A stretch of 64,000 nucleotides of DNA from Escherichia phage VEcB. Location of the stretch: the sequence record NC_052663.1; one strand, 5' to 3'. This document shows, piece by piece, positions 10,273-21,010 of this stretch. A model generated the notes under the pieces. It saw nothing but the letters and a program-made list of their open reading frames with translations. It was not told the origin of the DNA and did not search any database. Both the position numbers and the translations under genes were made by a program. The first letter of the stretch is position 1. The number at the start of each line of letters is the position of its first letter.

Positions 10273-13148
10273 TGTCAAGAATTAAGCACAGAATTGACAA
10301 TGTTTTTCAACTGATCGATGGACATATTCAGTTCTTAGATCGTAATACAGGTTTAACTGTAGATCCTACAGTGCAACACTATGTATTAAACCCACAAAAC
10401 GTTCTAGCTAATAACAGACACTTTATAAACTGGACTGCTCAAGAAGGGCAACCAAACGGGGATGCTACAACAGAAGGTCAATCCGTGCTTATTCTTGGTT
10501 GCGCTTATGCATATCTAGCTTCCGGCGATACAAAGTATTTAGACTCTGCTAAAAAATATTGGCAAGCCTATATAGATTACTTCTTTGGTGGTCAACCTAT
10601 CCCAGATCCGCCAGCAAAGTATCGCCCTAACTGGATTATTAACGGTAAAGAACCACGTCTTGCACACTATCCTCTTACAGATGATGGCTACCCTACACAC
10701 GGAGGTTTTAAGGGTAGCTTAATGACGTGGACTAACGGTAGAACAGTTATTCCTCATGGTGCTCCACATTGGGGAGAATACCTTGACAAAGCATGGTTTG
10801 CTTTTAATGGTAATCTAGGATGGAACTCTGTAAACGCTACAGTATATGCTGTTAATGCAGATGGAACAACAGATTGGTCTAAGAATGGAGATCAATGGGA
10901 CGTTGATTGGATCATTGATCGTCTAGGACGTAAAGTTGATTGGGATGGAAATATCTTAGAAGAAGGTTTTCCAACATCTCAATACGGAACAGTTCAACTA
11001 AAAAATACTTCTGTAAACGGTACATATAAATTTAACTACGCGACTTGTAACCCTGTTGAACACGGTGGTTATTTAATGGAGCGTAACACTATGTGGCATA
11101 ACAGACCAGTTAACGTTCCGGTAGAAATGGGCTTTCAGGATAATGCGTCAGATGCCGAAACTTGGTGGTGTGATGCTAATTACCTGATGTACCAAATTAC
11201 AGGAGAAAGAAAATATTGGCTATGCTGGCAGTCTTCACTGTTAGTGTGTCAAGATTACTCAAACATTGATATGTTTGATAAATTTTTCCGTAAGTCTACA
11301 TATGCAACTATTCCGTTTACAGATGGCATCTCTTACGATTATTCATATCCATCTACAGCAATACCTAAATATTCAAGAGATACTTTAGGCTATATTGTTA
11401 TTAGACAAGATGTTGCTGCTCAAACAACATTAGAACAGCAAGCCATTTGGTTTAAAGTTGATCAGAACTCTAAGTTACGAGTCCAGTTTCAAGGTGTAGA
11501 TGACGCAGGACATGGTATTCTTTTCCGTCCAGAGTTGGAATTAAGTAAGACCAAAGATGAAAATAACACAGTAACTTACCGCTGTGGCTTACCACTAGGT
11601 ACAGCTAATATGACAAGCATGGATATTCCACTATCCAGCTTTATGAGAAGTACCCCTCCTAGTGGTGGAACATATATTATCGCAGATCCGCGAATTATTG
11701 TTGACTGGGGTGACAATACTGTGGTACAATATAAGTATGTAACAGGTATTGCTGGAACTAATAATGACCAGATTGTTACTGCATCAATGGATACGGATGG
11801 TGGTGTTACTGTTGGTTTTTGGTTAACTCCTACATCAAAAGCTAATGTTAAGTCTATTACATATAGAACATATGAAGATGACTTTAACATGACTATCACG
11901 GATGCTCAAGGTTGGAGATGGTGGGCTATGCTGCCTAAAACGCAAGGGGCATGGAGTACGAAGACTTTATCAGCCTCTGCTTTTAAGTTAAGTGCTTACC
12001 AGCCTAATCATCCAGAAACAGATCCTAAACCTTCAGCAATAAATCTTACTGCTGTAGATCAGGTAAATTTAGTTCTTGATACGGCTCCTGTCAATGGTTT
12101 AACAGGAACAATAGATTTCTATTGTATTAACGATGTACCTGAAAGATATTCGTCATCTTCTGGTGATGATTATACCATGTACTTCCGTATTACTGTACAG
12201 GCTTCAAGTCCTCATACTGCTAAGTTAGGTGATTGTACTATTATTGACTATAAGTTAAATAGTCTTAATTACACACCAGGAATAATTCCATTCTCTAATA
12301 TCAGTGACCCAAACACTGCATTATACGATGGATGGCGTGGTATTCCATACCCAGGATACCAGTATCCTTCCTTATACTGTTTCGCAGGTAGGGATATTGA
12401 TTGGACACGTTTAAACAACAGTATTGATTTCTTGTATGATGCTCAAATGTGGTTTTATAACACGTTTGATCCTGTGATGCCTGGGCCTATGGCACAAGCA
12501 TATGTGTGGGATCGTTGGGATGCAAGAAAATACGGTGAACCTAATACGTTTACAATGAAACACTGGAATGAAAAAGCGTGGGATGGTTATGAAGCTCGTG
12601 CATTCTACTGTGCTTGTCATGCTGTATACGAACTTGTACAAAGAGGAGAAACACCTCCTGAAAAACTAGTAACTGTTTGTAAAAATTGGATCAACTACCT
12701 TAAATGGTTCCAAGACAATAATGATGGAAGAACACCAACTATCTTTAATCCAGATGGTACAGTTCTTGCACCTATAGATGACTTTACTAGTCATATGTCT
12801 GCACTGTTTATGGCGGGTTGTTCAATCATGGGCTTGGCAGGTTATGATTCACAAATTCCAAACATTGGTATTGTAGCAGACAGATGTTTTGATCTGATTC
12901 AGCAAAACTATATTGTGCTTTCCCCTAACCATCCGATGAATGGTTCCTGGAGTGTTGCACCACGCCCAGATTCAGATAACGGAATGTTCTTTGGTTTCCA
13001 TGCTGGAGAACTATTACGTGGTTTTGGTTTATATGCCTTGTATCGTAAACTAAACCCTCAAAACGCTTTACCAATTTTGGATAATAGTAACATACCAACA
13101 CTAACTGTTCTAACTATGAATGATATTAGTGTTGATGTAACCAAATAA
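10272..13148 (+). CDS. large virion (baseplate/fibre-associated) protein
   Basis: 958 aa ORF; start overlaps the upstream stop (ATGTC/TAATG-type coupling); Trp/Tyr-rich. Confidence 0.4.
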   Translation: MSRIKHRIDNVFQLIDGHIQFLDRNTGLTVDPTVQHYVLNPQNVLANNRHFINWTAQEGQPNGDATTEGQSVLILGCAYAYLASGDTKYLDSAKKYWQAYIDYFFGGQPIPDPPAKYRPNWIINGKEPRLAHYPLTDDGYPTHGGFKGSLMTWTNGRTVIPHGAPHWGEYLDKAWFAFNGNLGWNSVNATVYAVNADGTTDWSKNGDQWDVDWIIDRLGRKVDWDGNILEEGFPTSQYGTVQLKNTSVNGTYKFNYATCNPVEHGGYLMERNTMWHNRPVNVPVEMGFQDNASDAETWWCDANYLMYQITGERKYWLCWQSSLLVCQDYSNIDMFDKFFRKSTYATIPFTDGISYDYSYPSTAIPKYSRDTLGYIVIRQDVAAQTTLEQQAIWFKVDQNSKLRVQFQGVDDAGHGILFRPELELSKTKDENNTVTYRCGLPLGTANMTSMDIPLSSFMRSTPPSGGTYIIADPRIIVDWGDNTVVQYKYVTGIAGTNNDQIVTASMDTDGGVTVGFWLTPTSKANVKSITYRTYEDDFNMTITDAQGWRWWAMLPKTQGAWSTKTLSASAFKLSAYQPNHPETDPKPSAINLTAVDQVNLVLDTAPVNGLTGTIDFYCINDVPERYSSSSGDDYTMYFRITVQASSPHTAKLGDCTIIDYKLNSLNYTPGIIPFSNISDPNTALYDGWRGIPYPGYQYPSLYCFAGRDIDWTRLNNSIDFLYDAQMWFYNTFDPVMPGPMAQAYVWDRWDARKYGEPNTFTMKHWNEKAWDGYEARAFYCACHAVYELVQRGETPPEKLVTVCKNWINYLKWFQDNNDGRTPTIFNPDGTVLAPIDDFTSHMSALFMAGCSIMGLAGYDSQIPNIGIVADRCFDLIQQNYIVLSPNHPMNGSWSVAPRPDSDNGMFFGFHAGELLRGFGLYALYRKLNPQNALPILDNSNIPTLTVLTMNDISVDVTK

Positions 13149-13156
13149 GGAAAATA

Positions 13157-15316
13157 ATGAAACAGGCTATTTTTACTGTAACTCGAAATACGAGAGTAAA
13201 TGCCAGTTCATTCAGCTATAAGACCGTCGATGGAACGGCGGTCGCTGGTAGAGATTATGTAGCTAAACAGGGAACAGTAACGTTCCCTTCTGATGCAGAT
13301 TCTGCTACTGTGGTGGTTGATGTATATGAACGTCCGGCAAACTCTTTAGATCTTTATTTTACTCTTGAGATTACTAGCATAAGTCAAAATAACATGATGA
13401 TCAATGAAGAAATTCGTTGTGTTATTACGACTAATCAATCGAATACAACCCCGCTAACTTGGCCTGTTGTGAAGTCTAGAATGTTTGATCCTAAGTTTTG
13501 GACAATAGATTCTCAATCAACAGAAAGTTGTTCTATTATCTCTAATGGTGATTCTTTCACGGCAAGAATGGTTAATAGGACAGTGGCTGGTCTTGCTGGG
13601 ATTATTTGGTCAACTTACGATAAATATGATCACAAAGGATTAGGCTACCAAGAACATTCTGATTTAAGTAAAGAAAAACTTTGGTTTAAAATGGAACTTA
13701 GTCAAGGTGTTCCTGGGTTAAAAGAAGAAAAATTAATGCCATCCTTAACAGTGACACTGAAGGATGAAACAGTTCATTATGTATCTCTAAACTTTTATGC
13801 AGAAGAAGTTTCAGAGGACGGTAAAACAGCAATAATCAAATTAGATTTCTCAAATTTAAAATCTGGGCCAGAAAATGATATTGTTGTTGACACTACACAG
13901 ATAGATAACATGTTCTTCTCCTTGATCTCCGCAAGGTATCAAGAAATTGAAGATGTTATACCTGTAGACAATATGGATCTTTCCTTTAAGTTTACCATAC
14001 TAGAGCCTGATACTGGTTACAGTATGATGAATATGGGTAATTTAAATGTTCCGGCGCACACCATAAGAATGTGTACATCTTATGATGATATGTATAACCT
14101 AACCCCAGAGCGAGTTATTTCTAACACCTATAGATTAGGTTATAGAGATATGATTAACCATTATAATGGTATGTCACACTATTATCAATTTAGTTGGGAT
14201 GCTGGATCTAATAAATGGGCTTTGAATAGAACAGAATATTTAAACCCAGCAACAGAAGCCTGGTTTGATAATTTCCACGCTAATGCAAAAGCTATGGGCT
14301 ACACAGTAATGAACTCCTTAAGTTTTGAACTTATGAGTACAGTGTGTCCTGTAGAATGGGTACAACATACTTGGAATGATGATCTGGCTGCTACAGGTTA
14401 TGAGCCACCAAGTTATGTTTTATCTCCTTCAATTGATGAAGGGATGAATTATTTACAAGGTGTAATAAATAAGATAGCTTCTATATCCGCTACCAATGAT
14501 CTTCCTGTTATTATTCAGGTTGGTGAACCGTGGTGGTGGTATAACACAGCTACCAATCTCCCGTGTATTTATGATTATGCAACCAAAGTTGCATTTAATA
14601 ATGAAACTGGATTATATGCACAAGATGTTGGTACAGTTAAGAATTATAAAACTGGTACACCATATGATGAATATTATGCATTCCTATCTAAAACATTAGG
14701 ACTGCGTGTTGCTAAATTTGCAACAGATACTAGATTAGCATATCCTGGAGCAAAAGTTACATTGTTACCATTTGTGCCATCCATTTTGGGTAATGGTATG
14801 ATGGAGTTTGTTAACTTCCCTAAAGATTATTATATCCCAGAAAACTTTGACTTTTATTGTTCAGAATGTTATGATTGGTTGTTGGAAGGTAAGATGGAAA
14901 GATCTTTCGACGCTATCACAATACCTAATGAGCAACTAGGTTTTAGTTACAATAAGATACATTATCTTGCAGGGTTTGTTCCAGATGCAACTCTAGCACC
15001 ATTATATGGCTTTGATCCTGAATCAAACTATAGAACATATTTGTGGAAAATGATTATAGGTAATATTGTATTGAATGATCAGAAGTTTGTTGGTTTATAT
15101 CAATACATATGGGCTTATCCACAAATAATGCATGATTCAATAACTGTTCTTAATTCAAAATCCCAAGTTTTTTATATGGGTAATGTGCCTTTGAATTGCT
15201 ATTTGCAAGATATCACTCTTAAACAGGTAAATGTTACGATTGCTACTATAAGCGGAATTACATTAGCCACTAAATCTGGAGAAGATTTAGTAACAACACA
15301 AAAATTTTATATATAG
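13157..15316 (+). CDS. virion protein with N-terminal Calx-beta-like domain
   Basis: 719 aa; N-terminal VDGTAVAGRDYVAKQGTVTFPSDADSATVVVDVYER matches the Calx-beta pattern. Confidence 0.45.
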   Translation: MKQAIFTVTRNTRVNASSFSYKTVDGTAVAGRDYVAKQGTVTFPSDADSATVVVDVYERPANSLDLYFTLEITSISQNNMMINEEIRCVITTNQSNTTPLTWPVVKSRMFDPKFWTIDSQSTESCSIISNGDSFTARMVNRTVAGLAGIIWSTYDKYDHKGLGYQEHSDLSKEKLWFKMELSQGVPGLKEEKLMPSLTVTLKDETVHYVSLNFYAEEVSEDGKTAIIKLDFSNLKSGPENDIVVDTTQIDNMFFSLISARYQEIEDVIPVDNMDLSFKFTILEPDTGYSMMNMGNLNVPAHTIRMCTSYDDMYNLTPERVISNTYRLGYRDMINHYNGMSHYYQFSWDAGSNKWALNRTEYLNPATEAWFDNFHANAKAMGYTVMNSLSFELMSTVCPVEWVQHTWNDDLAATGYEPPSYVLSPSIDEGMNYLQGVINKIASISATNDLPVIIQVGEPWWWYNTATNLPCIYDYATKVAFNNETGLYAQDVGTVKNYKTGTPYDEYYAFLSKTLGLRVAKFATDTRLAYPGAKVTLLPFVPSILGNGMMEFVNFPKDYYIPENFDFYCSECYDWLLEGKMERSFDAITIPNEQLGFSYNKIHYLAGFVPDATLAPLYGFDPESNYRTYLWKMIIGNIVLNDQKFVGLYQYIWAYPQIMHDSITVLNSKSQVFYMGNVPLNCYLQDITLKQVNVTIATISGITLATKSGEDLVTTQKFYI

Positions 15317-15324
15317 GAGTAAAA

Positions 15325-17574
15325 ATGTCAACTACAATTACTAATTTACCCGAAACATCAAAAGTTAATGGTTCTGATTACCTGGTTTTAGACCAACCTG
15401 ATAAGACTGTTAAAAGCACAGTTTCCAACTTTCTTACTGACACTGGGGTGGTTTTAGCCACCCAGCTAAAAGATGTTTCTGGAGCTACCAAGTATCCAGA
15501 ACTTCAGATTGCACGCTGGCGAGACGAGGGAGATATCAGAGGGTGGGGCACGGAAACGAACGGTGATGTTACCGAAGCAATCATTAAGGCGGTAGCGGCG
15601 ACAAGCGGCACTATCATTGTGCCTCCAGGCAATTATACGGCCACGCCAACCTTGGAGCAGGTTCCTTCTGTACTGAAATTGCTTTCACAAGCAGAGTTTC
15701 GAGGATCATTAGATATCAATCTCCCTGCGGGAACAGTTAACCTTTCTGAAAAAACGGTAATACGTTCGCAAAATGTCCATAACCTGTCTATCTCTGGGGT
15801 TAAATACTCGACATCCCTAACCGGTCTGGTAAGTGTTAGTGGCAGTCCAAAGGCATATCTGGTAACTATCTCTCTGGCAGATGCATCGAATGTTTCTGTC
15901 GGCGACGTGGTGATGATTCGCCACGACATCTCAGGAACTGGAGGGTATCACATTCACTGTGGTGGATGGGTTGTGGATGCGGTATCTGGTAATAATGTCA
16001 CCGTAAAAAATACCTGCCACCTTTCTGCATTCCCGACATCAACGATTACTAGTGGGTCGGTAGTCATTCTTAAAAGCATTCTGAAATACACTGGCTGTGA
16101 TGGTATTGTGGCAGCAGGCTCGGGATGCATTAAGACGATAAATGGTGTCGCTATTGTCGGTGATTATGATCTGGCAACAGGCTCTGGAACTATCGGGGCA
16201 CACGGCTTCTCCCTTACCACTCCAGACATAACCGTTGCTAGTCCAGACCCATCCAATGAAGTTTTTGATGCATCAGGCTGCATAGCTATTGGCCCTGATT
16301 TGGCGATTGTTGGGTTCGGTGAGCAGGGGTTTGTAGCGTCAGAGAGATCTGGTGTGGTTTCAAACTTTATATCTTCATGCTCTAACCGCAAGCGCGGTGT
16401 ATATTCTGAAGGCGCTCATATACGCGGTAAATTTATGCTTTGCTCAGGGAATGGTGAGGATGGGATTATTTCAGACATTGGTGGCGCAATTCAGGCTAAC
16501 GGTTCAGTTTGCTCAGGAAATGGACTTAACGGTTTTTGGTCATTCAACCACAGTCTCTTGAGTGCTCCTGGCGGGATTTCGTGTGGTAACTTCACGAATG
16601 GTGCGGAAGCGCGCGGACCAGGTGCATTAAATCTGCAAAATGGGAAGAGCTATTTAAACAGGCTAATTGGTGCAACCGCGTCAAATGGTGGGACGGTTAT
16701 TTTTACTGGCTCAACATCAACGCAGAATGGCACGGATGGACTGGTTGCAGTTTATGATGGTTTGATCTCTGCCGCCAATGCCAGCTCAGTGGGCAACGGA
16801 CGCTATGGGGTTGCCGTAACTCACGCAAAAATTGTGCTTACAGGCTCAGGAAGCGTAAGCGGAAATTCAACTGTAGATTTCATCGATCGCGGCGAGGGTA
16901 CTATAATTAAGCCGGATGGAACGATGCTGCCAAGAAAGGCTGCCCCGCAAAGCATCCTTTCTATTCGTAACGCCAATCTTTCCGGTGCTGATGTTACGGC
17001 ATCATCAATTGGTGATATTACCGTCTCGCAAAGAAACACATCCTCGGGTGCATTAACCCCCCTGTATGTATTCAAATCTGACGGAACCCAGCTTCCAGTC
17101 AATGACGCCACGCAGAACCTTGGCAGGGCAAGCAATCGCTACAATGTTGGTTTCTTCGCTGGCGGAACACAGTCAACTTCAGATGCCACACTTAAAGACC
17201 CTATCCGAGAGTTCAATCAGGCCGAACTCAATGCAGCAATGCGCATCTCGAAAATGTTTGGATTCTGGACGTGGCTTGATGATGACAATAAGCGTTTGCA
17301 TGCAGGGACTACGGTTCAAGCAGTGTTAGCTGTTCTGGAAGAGGAAGGTCTAGACTGGCGTAGCTATGGATTTATCTGTTTTGATGAGTGGGATGATGAA
17401 TATACCCCGGTAACCATTGAGGTAGATGGCGAAGTCGTTGAAACAGGGGAAATGAAATTAGTGCGTGAGGCTGGTTCTGTCTGGCAACTGCGCGATCAGG
17501 AATTTGACCGTTTCGTTATGCGTGGACTTTCTGAAAGGCTGAGTATTATAGAAAGTAAGCTGGATTTACTGTAA
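15325..17574 (+). CDS. tailspike with C-terminal intramolecular chaperone-like domain
   Basis: 749 aa; conserved AT-rich N-terminal anchor, then a GC-rich Gly/Ser-rich beta-helix-like body, then a C-terminal S-D..K / FGFWTWLDDD region resembling peptidase S74-type autoproteolytic chaperone domains (recalled pattern). Confidence 0.5.
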   Translation: MSTTITNLPETSKVNGSDYLVLDQPDKTVKSTVSNFLTDTGVVLATQLKDVSGATKYPELQIARWRDEGDIRGWGTETNGDVTEAIIKAVAATSGTIIVPPGNYTATPTLEQVPSVLKLLSQAEFRGSLDINLPAGTVNLSEKTVIRSQNVHNLSISGVKYSTSLTGLVSVSGSPKAYLVTISLADASNVSVGDVVMIRHDISGTGGYHIHCGGWVVDAVSGNNVTVKNTCHLSAFPTSTITSGSVVILKSILKYTGCDGIVAAGSGCIKTINGVAIVGDYDLATGSGTIGAHGFSLTTPDITVASPDPSNEVFDASGCIAIGPDLAIVGFGEQGFVASERSGVVSNFISSCSNRKRGVYSEGAHIRGKFMLCSGNGEDGIISDIGGAIQANGSVCSGNGLNGFWSFNHSLLSAPGGISCGNFTNGAEARGPGALNLQNGKSYLNRLIGATASNGGTVIFTGSTSTQNGTDGLVAVYDGLISAANASSVGNGRYGVAVTHAKIVLTGSGSVSGNSTVDFIDRGEGTIIKPDGTMLPRKAAPQSILSIRNANLSGADVTASSIGDITVSQRNTSSGALTPLYVFKSDGTQLPVNDATQNLGRASNRYNVGFFAGGTQSTSDATLKDPIREFNQAELNAAMRISKMFGFWTWLDDDNKRLHAGTTVQAVLAVLEEEGLDWRSYGFICFDEWDDEYTPVTIEVDGEVVETGEMKLVREAGSVWQLRDQEFDRFVMRGLSERLSIIESKLDLL

Positions 17575-17639
17575 TTAAGAGCCGCTATCTCCTACTATGA
17601 TGGCGGCAACCTTAAAATATTTAAGTGGGGAGCCACCTA

Positions 17640-17885
17640 ATGAGAAAATTTTTAATAGGTATGTTTTGTACATATCCTGATAATAAAGTCAGTTCTACTA
17701 AAGTTTGGAATGCTATTGGTATGATTGTTATGTCCAGTATGTTTATTTATTTGGGAATTGATAAAGAAATTCCTGAATGGATGGGCTGGGCTTTTGTTTT
17801 TATGATCACGCCATCCAGACTAATGAAGAATTTAATAGATTTACGTTGGGGCAGATCACCTGCCCCTGATAAGGAGGATAACTAA
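17640..17885 (+). CDS. small membrane protein with two predicted TM helices (holin-like topology)
   Basis: 81 aa from ATG 17640 (RBS GGGGAG 7 nt upstream; ORF track starts at GTG 17625); two hydrophobic segments. Confidence 0.3.
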   Translation: MRKFLIGMFCTYPDNKVSSTKVWNAIGMIVMSSMFIYLGIDKEIPEWMGWAFVFMITPSRLMKNLIDLRWGRSPAPDKEDN

Positions 17886-19372
17886 TGGCAGATTATGGTT
17901 TAACAGATGCTGGTTTTGTCATTCCAACGTTTGATGATATTCTAAATAATTATATGACAGCATTGAAAAACACTTTCGGTGCAGATACAGCTACATCTGA
18001 AGATACAGTCTTTGGTCAACTGTTTCGTATTATTGCATATACAGATTACACCCTTTGGGAAGGTATGCAAGGTGTTTACAATACCCAAACCTTAGATGGT
18101 GCAGAAGGTATTTACCTTGATGAAATTTTCTCTAAAAGGGGTTTTTATCGTAAAGCTGCTTCTGCTGGTAGTGGTTATGCTTATGTTAAATCTAACAATA
18201 AGGCAGCTTGGACTTATGAACTAAGCACAGATGTTTATTTTAATGCCGATAACGATTTAACATATTATGTCAGTGCACCGACAATGTTGAATGCTAAGAT
18301 TGGAGCATATACCATTTCTAAAGCAAACGCAACAGCTTCTGGTGAAACTTCTATTACTTTCTACATTCAAAGTGCTATTGATGGTGGTCTTAACAGTAAA
18401 ACACTAAGTCCTAGCAATACAAACTTTATTGTAGATCTCACGAATTTCATTAAAGCTAACGTATCAACAACAGATCGTGCTTTAGTATGGAATGATGCCA
18501 GTAATGTTTACATGGGTTATAATCCAGAAGATAATGTTAACCCAGTAGGTCTAGTAACACCAGTGAAATTTTACGCATCTATTGCAATAGGTACAAAATG
18601 GAGTGAAATTCCAGTTACGTGCTCAGACGTTGGTTATAATCCAGTAGGCACAGAAAGTATCACAGGTATTTCTTCAACGTTTACAGGCTTTTTAGATACA
18701 GGTAACTTCTATCCATTCTCTCCAGGTACAGATGTTGAAACAGATGCAGAATTCCGTTCTCGTTTCAATGATAATATGGATGAAGCTAATGCTGCTACTC
18801 GTGCTGCTATTGTTAAAGCTCTACTACTGACAGATGGTGTGACAAAGGTTAAGATTTATGATAACCCTACATTACACGATCAGGAACATGCTCCAGCTAT
18901 GACATTCCAGACTATTGTGTATGGTGGTACAGCAGAAGAAGTTGCACAGGTTATTTATAATACTAAGCCTATTAACACCTTAACCTATGGTACAACAGCA
19001 ATTACTATCGTAACAGAAGATGGCGGTCAAGAAGTAATTCGTTTTTCTCCTGGTGACAATGCTGAATATTCACTTAAACTAGTATATCAAACTGGCAATG
19101 GTAGTGTGTTAAGTACAACAGAAAGAGAAAATATTGTTTCTGCTCTTTCAAATCTACAGGCTTATTTTGAGCTAGGGTCAACAGTAACTAACGATCAGAT
19201 AAAAGGTGTAATTTATTCTGCACTTGCGTTCGGACGCTTGACTTCTCTCCGTGTTTATGTTAAACTTAATACTGAGGATGACAGTAAATATAATGAGGGA
19301 GATATCACTCCAGCGTACAATGTTGTACCATCCTTTGACCTTGATAATATTTCCTACGAGTACGGAGTCTAA
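17885..19372 (+). CDS. baseplate protein J-like (gpJ / gp6 family)
   Basis: 495 aa; N-terminal pattern typical of Baseplate_J proteins; followed by an I-like gene, fibre and fibre-assembly gene (P2 order J-I-H-G). Confidence 0.6.
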   Translation: MADYGLTDAGFVIPTFDDILNNYMTALKNTFGADTATSEDTVFGQLFRIIAYTDYTLWEGMQGVYNTQTLDGAEGIYLDEIFSKRGFYRKAASAGSGYAYVKSNNKAAWTYELSTDVYFNADNDLTYYVSAPTMLNAKIGAYTISKANATASGETSITFYIQSAIDGGLNSKTLSPSNTNFIVDLTNFIKANVSTTDRALVWNDASNVYMGYNPEDNVNPVGLVTPVKFYASIAIGTKWSEIPVTCSDVGYNPVGTESITGISSTFTGFLDTGNFYPFSPGTDVETDAEFRSRFNDNMDEANAATRAAIVKALLLTDGVTKVKIYDNPTLHDQEHAPAMTFQTIVYGGTAEEVAQVIYNTKPINTLTYGTTAITIVTEDGGQEVIRFSPGDNAEYSLKLVYQTGNGSVLSTTERENIVSALSNLQAYFELGSTVTNDQIKGVIYSALAFGRLTSLRVYVKLNTEDDSKYNEGDITPAYNVVPSFDLDNISYEYGV

Positions 19373-19374
19373 AA

Positions 19375-20004
19375 ATGGCAGTGAGTGTTGACCATGTGAC
19401 AACGTGGGATAGTATCAATGAAGATGTTAAAGACCTACTGATTGAAGATTTTAAATCTTCTCCGAACATTGTCAAACTACTCTATATCATTTCTAGCGAA
19501 AAACAAAAGATAGATCAGGCAATGATCTATCTTGCCAAACACCGCTTAATCTCTACTGCAACTGGTAAGTATTTAGATCTTATTGGTGAAGAGATGGGGA
19601 TGGAAAGAAATGGTGCTACAGATGAAGAGTATCGTACAATATTAAAAATCAGGGCTTATCGTGTTGCGTCTTCTGGTACGCGAGATGATATCATTGATAT
19701 GTTCGCTCGTTTTACAGGAACAGAAAAAGAAACGATTAATACATACGTTGGATTAAATAAAACATTCGACGTATTCTTTTATAATTTGTGTCTACAATCC
19801 GATCAGGCAGTAGCACAGTTACTTAACGTTTTCCCGATCCTAAGTAGTTATCGCTTAGGTGCGAAAGCGGGTGCAGCCTTTGGTTTCACTTCCTATTATG
19901 CCACAACTCCACCTCATGGTATAGGTGGTTTAGGTTCTCTTTACACAGAGGCTGAAGGAGATGATACAGGGCGAATGACTATGCTGATAGCTCAAATAGA
20001 ATAA
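19375..20004 (+). CDS. putative baseplate protein gpI-like
   Basis: 209 aa immediately downstream of the J-like gene. Confidence 0.4.
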   Translation: MAVSVDHVTTWDSINEDVKDLLIEDFKSSPNIVKLLYIISSEKQKIDQAMIYLAKHRLISTATGKYLDLIGEEMGMERNGATDEEYRTILKIRAYRVASSGTRDDIIDMFARFTGTEKETINTYVGLNKTFDVFFYNLCLQSDQAVAQLLNVFPILSSYRLGAKAGAAFGFTSYYATTPPHGIGGLGSLYTEAEGDDTGRMTMLIAQIE

Positions 20005-20017
20005 GGAGTTACTCTTA

Positions 20018-21001
20018 ATGGCAAAGCCACAATACTACCCTGACTGGGCGACACAAACAGTAACCCTCCCAGGAACGGGAAACACAAACAAGATTAGACC
20101 AAAAGAAACCATCCGTAATGTTGGTATGGACTTTGGTCAGATTATGACTTGTGAAGAAATGAACTGGATCTTAAACAATATTGGGTCTTGGATTCGCTAT
20201 ATGCAAGATGAATTCTTCCCAACATTGCCTACTACATATCTTCCTATAGTCGGTACTAAAATTACAATGGCAGGTGATGCTACAGGTGAAGTTACATGGA
20301 ATGGTAATGCTGCTGTAACATTATCTATTCAAGTCGTAGATAACAGCCATAATCACTTATCAGCTAACATTACAGACGCAACATCAAACCAAGTTGTAGG
20401 GAACGTCCTTGTTAAGCGTGATAATGGTGGTGCTATCTATGCAGGTGATATTTACACTTGTGGTACAGGTGCTACAGATCCTGCAACATTATTCTTTAGA
20501 AACTACAACGGACAAACAGTAGGTAATATGTCCTCTGAACCAGGTGCAGGTGGTCAACTCTATATTTATAGAATGAATCCATCAACTGGGGGAACATCTT
20601 GTGCAGTCCGTTTATATGATGCAGGTTATGTTTTAATAGACAATCCTCGTTCTAATTCTGGTCAAGATACTGGTAATGGTAATGCTCTTGTAAGATTAGA
20701 CTATCTTAACTCCAGACTAAACTCATTGCAAAGCACACTGCAAAATAATATTAACAACGTTAATAGTAACTTGCAAGGCCAAATTAATAGCATTAACAAT
20801 AGAGTTTCTTCTGTTGTGTCTGCTATCCGTCTTGGAACACGTATCCAAGCTGGTGTGTCTGAGTCTCGTTTCTATGCTGGTCACGTGATCACAGGTTGGG
20901 GTTTTGGTGACAAGAAAGAACTTCGTGGTGCTTGGTATTGGTCAGCCCCGCTACAATATTATATTAATGGTAGCTGGATAACAGTAACCAACGTTTCGTA
21001 A
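20018..21001 (+). CDS. tail fibre protein (gpH-like)
   Basis: 327 aa; Gly/Asn/Thr-rich, coiled segment, followed by a tail fibre assembly chaperone gene. Confidence 0.5.
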   Translation: MAKPQYYPDWATQTVTLPGTGNTNKIRPKETIRNVGMDFGQIMTCEEMNWILNNIGSWIRYMQDEFFPTLPTTYLPIVGTKITMAGDATGEVTWNGNAAVTLSIQVVDNSHNHLSANITDATSNQVVGNVLVKRDNGGAIYAGDIYTCGTGATDPATLFFRNYNGQTVGNMSSEPGAGGQLYIYRMNPSTGGTSCAVRLYDAGYVLIDNPRSNSGQDTGNGNALVRLDYLNSRLNSLQSTLQNNINNVNSNLQGQINSINNRVSSVVSAIRLGTRIQAGVSESRFYAGHVITGWGFGDKKELRGAWYWSAPLQYYINGSWITVTNVS

Positions 21002-21010
21002 GGAGAGTCT

